NCBI RefSeq assembly: GCF_006345805.1
Contig: NW_021836626.1
Location: 1-23,312, forward strand
Length of the DNA: 23,312 bases
Reading direction: 5' to 3'
Source of the DNA: Octopus sinensis
Lineage: Eukaryota
Shown here: in pieces, positions 21,955 to 23,312 of the stretch
Layout: the number at the start of each line of letters is the position of its first letter
Numbering within the stretch: position 1 is the stretch's first letter
The notes under the pieces: model-generated
Seen by the model: only the letters and a program-made list of their open reading frames with translations
Database searches by the model: none
Told to the model about the DNA's origin: nothing
Program-made: the position numbers and the translations under genes

Positions 21955-22278
21955 AAGTTTGCACATTTGCGCACTTTAGTTTTGCAGTCATTAAGCAATG
22001 ACCTAACATTTCAAGTTCCACGTGCGTGCGCTCTCTTTATTTGCATTTCGTTAACTTATTTTGTAGTAGAAACAAAGTGCCTAACTATGTCTTATAAAAA
22101 TACTTTGCGGCAATGAATTCAAATTATTGCTGTTGTTTATGTCATTCGAATTTAGAAACTTCAAGAAATGTCAGTCATGGTAGATAACACTATTTGGAGA
22201 ATCCTGTTTAGTGTAAAGACAATTGGAGGACATCCTGCACGCAGCTATACGGAAAATTGAAAAAAAAAAAACGCTTAC

Positions 22279-22320
22279 TGATAGGTTTCGAATATCAAAG
22301 GTAAGATCCCCAGATATATC
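22279..22320 (-). CDS. Candidate 42-nt exon (IYLGILPLIFETY in phase 2, or DISGDLTFDIRNLS in phase 0)
   Basis: Acceptor tttgattatccttcaaatag, donor TCA|gtaagc. Confidence 0.4.
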
Positions 22321-22654
22321 CTATTTGAAGGATAATCAAATTTGAGGTGTAGTCTATGTAAAGCTCCAAGCATTCGTTCAGTGAGTGTATTCAGAGAATG
22401 GTTCTGTCTGATGTGAATTTCCTCGTTTAAACATGCATGCATACACATAAGATGTAAAGACAAGAACATATGTATACAACTATTCATACATGCATTAGCA
22501 TATATGTATGCATGTATGTATGTATGTAGAGATTTATGTACGTATACATACATAAATATATATGTGTGTGTGTAAATATATACATATATATCTATATACA
22601 TGCAGGGTACATACAAACATGTATATGTGTATATGCGTGTGATGTGTGTGTGCA

Positions 22655-22721
22655 TACACAAAGTATATCTATATATCTATATATCTATATATATATATCT
22701 ATATATCTCTAGATATATATG

Positions 22722-22775
<54 letters not shown>

Positions 22776-22780
22776 ATATA

Positions 22781-22826
<46 letters not shown>

Positions 22827-22875
22827 TTATAGTATATTATAATATATATATATGTAATATATATATATATATATA
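22655..22875. repeat. (TA)n microsatellite
   Basis: Directly visible. Confidence 0.95.
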
Positions 22876-23312
22876 ACAAGCACACACACAATATTCTTAC
22901 ACATATACTTCTATAATGTAAACAGAGGATCTAGCGAGAGTATCCGAGTGGCTGAATAGACTTTAATATCCTACAATATATATATAAATATACCAGCATA
23001 AAAATATGTGTGTGTATGTGAGTGTGTGTACGTATGTATATTGGTATTTGTATATATAAATATGTGAGCGGGAATGCTTTAGCAGAACCACGTGCCACAG
23101 GAATTTCAAATTCTTTTTTTGTTTCGTCTCCTTTGGTGGTTTCTTATTGAAAGTAACATTTACAATGTCGACATATGTTTATATAAAAATCTCTTGAGAA
23201 CAATGGCTTTACAGGAATTGTTACTTTCTATCCCTTTATAACTTGTACGGTTGAAGAGAGAGAGAGAGAGGGAGAAAAAAAAAAGCAGCGTCACAAAAGA
23301 CGTATTAAAGAG

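Noticed and set aside
22901-22951. Further minus-strand exon (HSDTLARSSVYIIEVY), phase-compatible with 22279-22320
   Set aside because: Good donor but ambiguous acceptor (several nearby AGs, weak pyrimidine tract); too uncertain to include.
1-23312. Strand bias of insertions (about 11 minus versus 6 plus)
   Set aside because: Too few elements to distinguish from chance.

Overview
AT-rich eukaryotic genomic DNA, probably an octopod cephalopod. That assignment is inferred from the repeat landscape and recalled repeat families, not from a database search. Much of the window is microsatellite ((TA)n, (AAT)n, (ATGT)n, (GATA)n, (ACC)n), and nearly all ORF-track entries are artefacts of these repeats. 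Interspersed elements are: about 11 tRNA-derived SINE copies or fragments of at least three types, the 3' end of a CR1/L2-group LINE, a decayed Tc1/mariner (DD37D/maT-like) transposase, two Penelope-like retroelement 3' ends, and a 154-bp near-perfect palindrome. Each Penelope end has a GIY-YIG remnant followed by a hammerhead-ribozyme motif. The most unusual structure is at 7.5-8.2 kb, where a Penelope endonuclease remnant is followed by a tRNA-like Pol III A/B-box module, an (AAT)n spacer and a hammerhead, with no T4 terminator until just past the element end. Several short minus-strand segments with canonical splice sites join into one stop-free frame, suggesting the window is mostly intron of an unidentified small-exon gene (low to moderate confidence).
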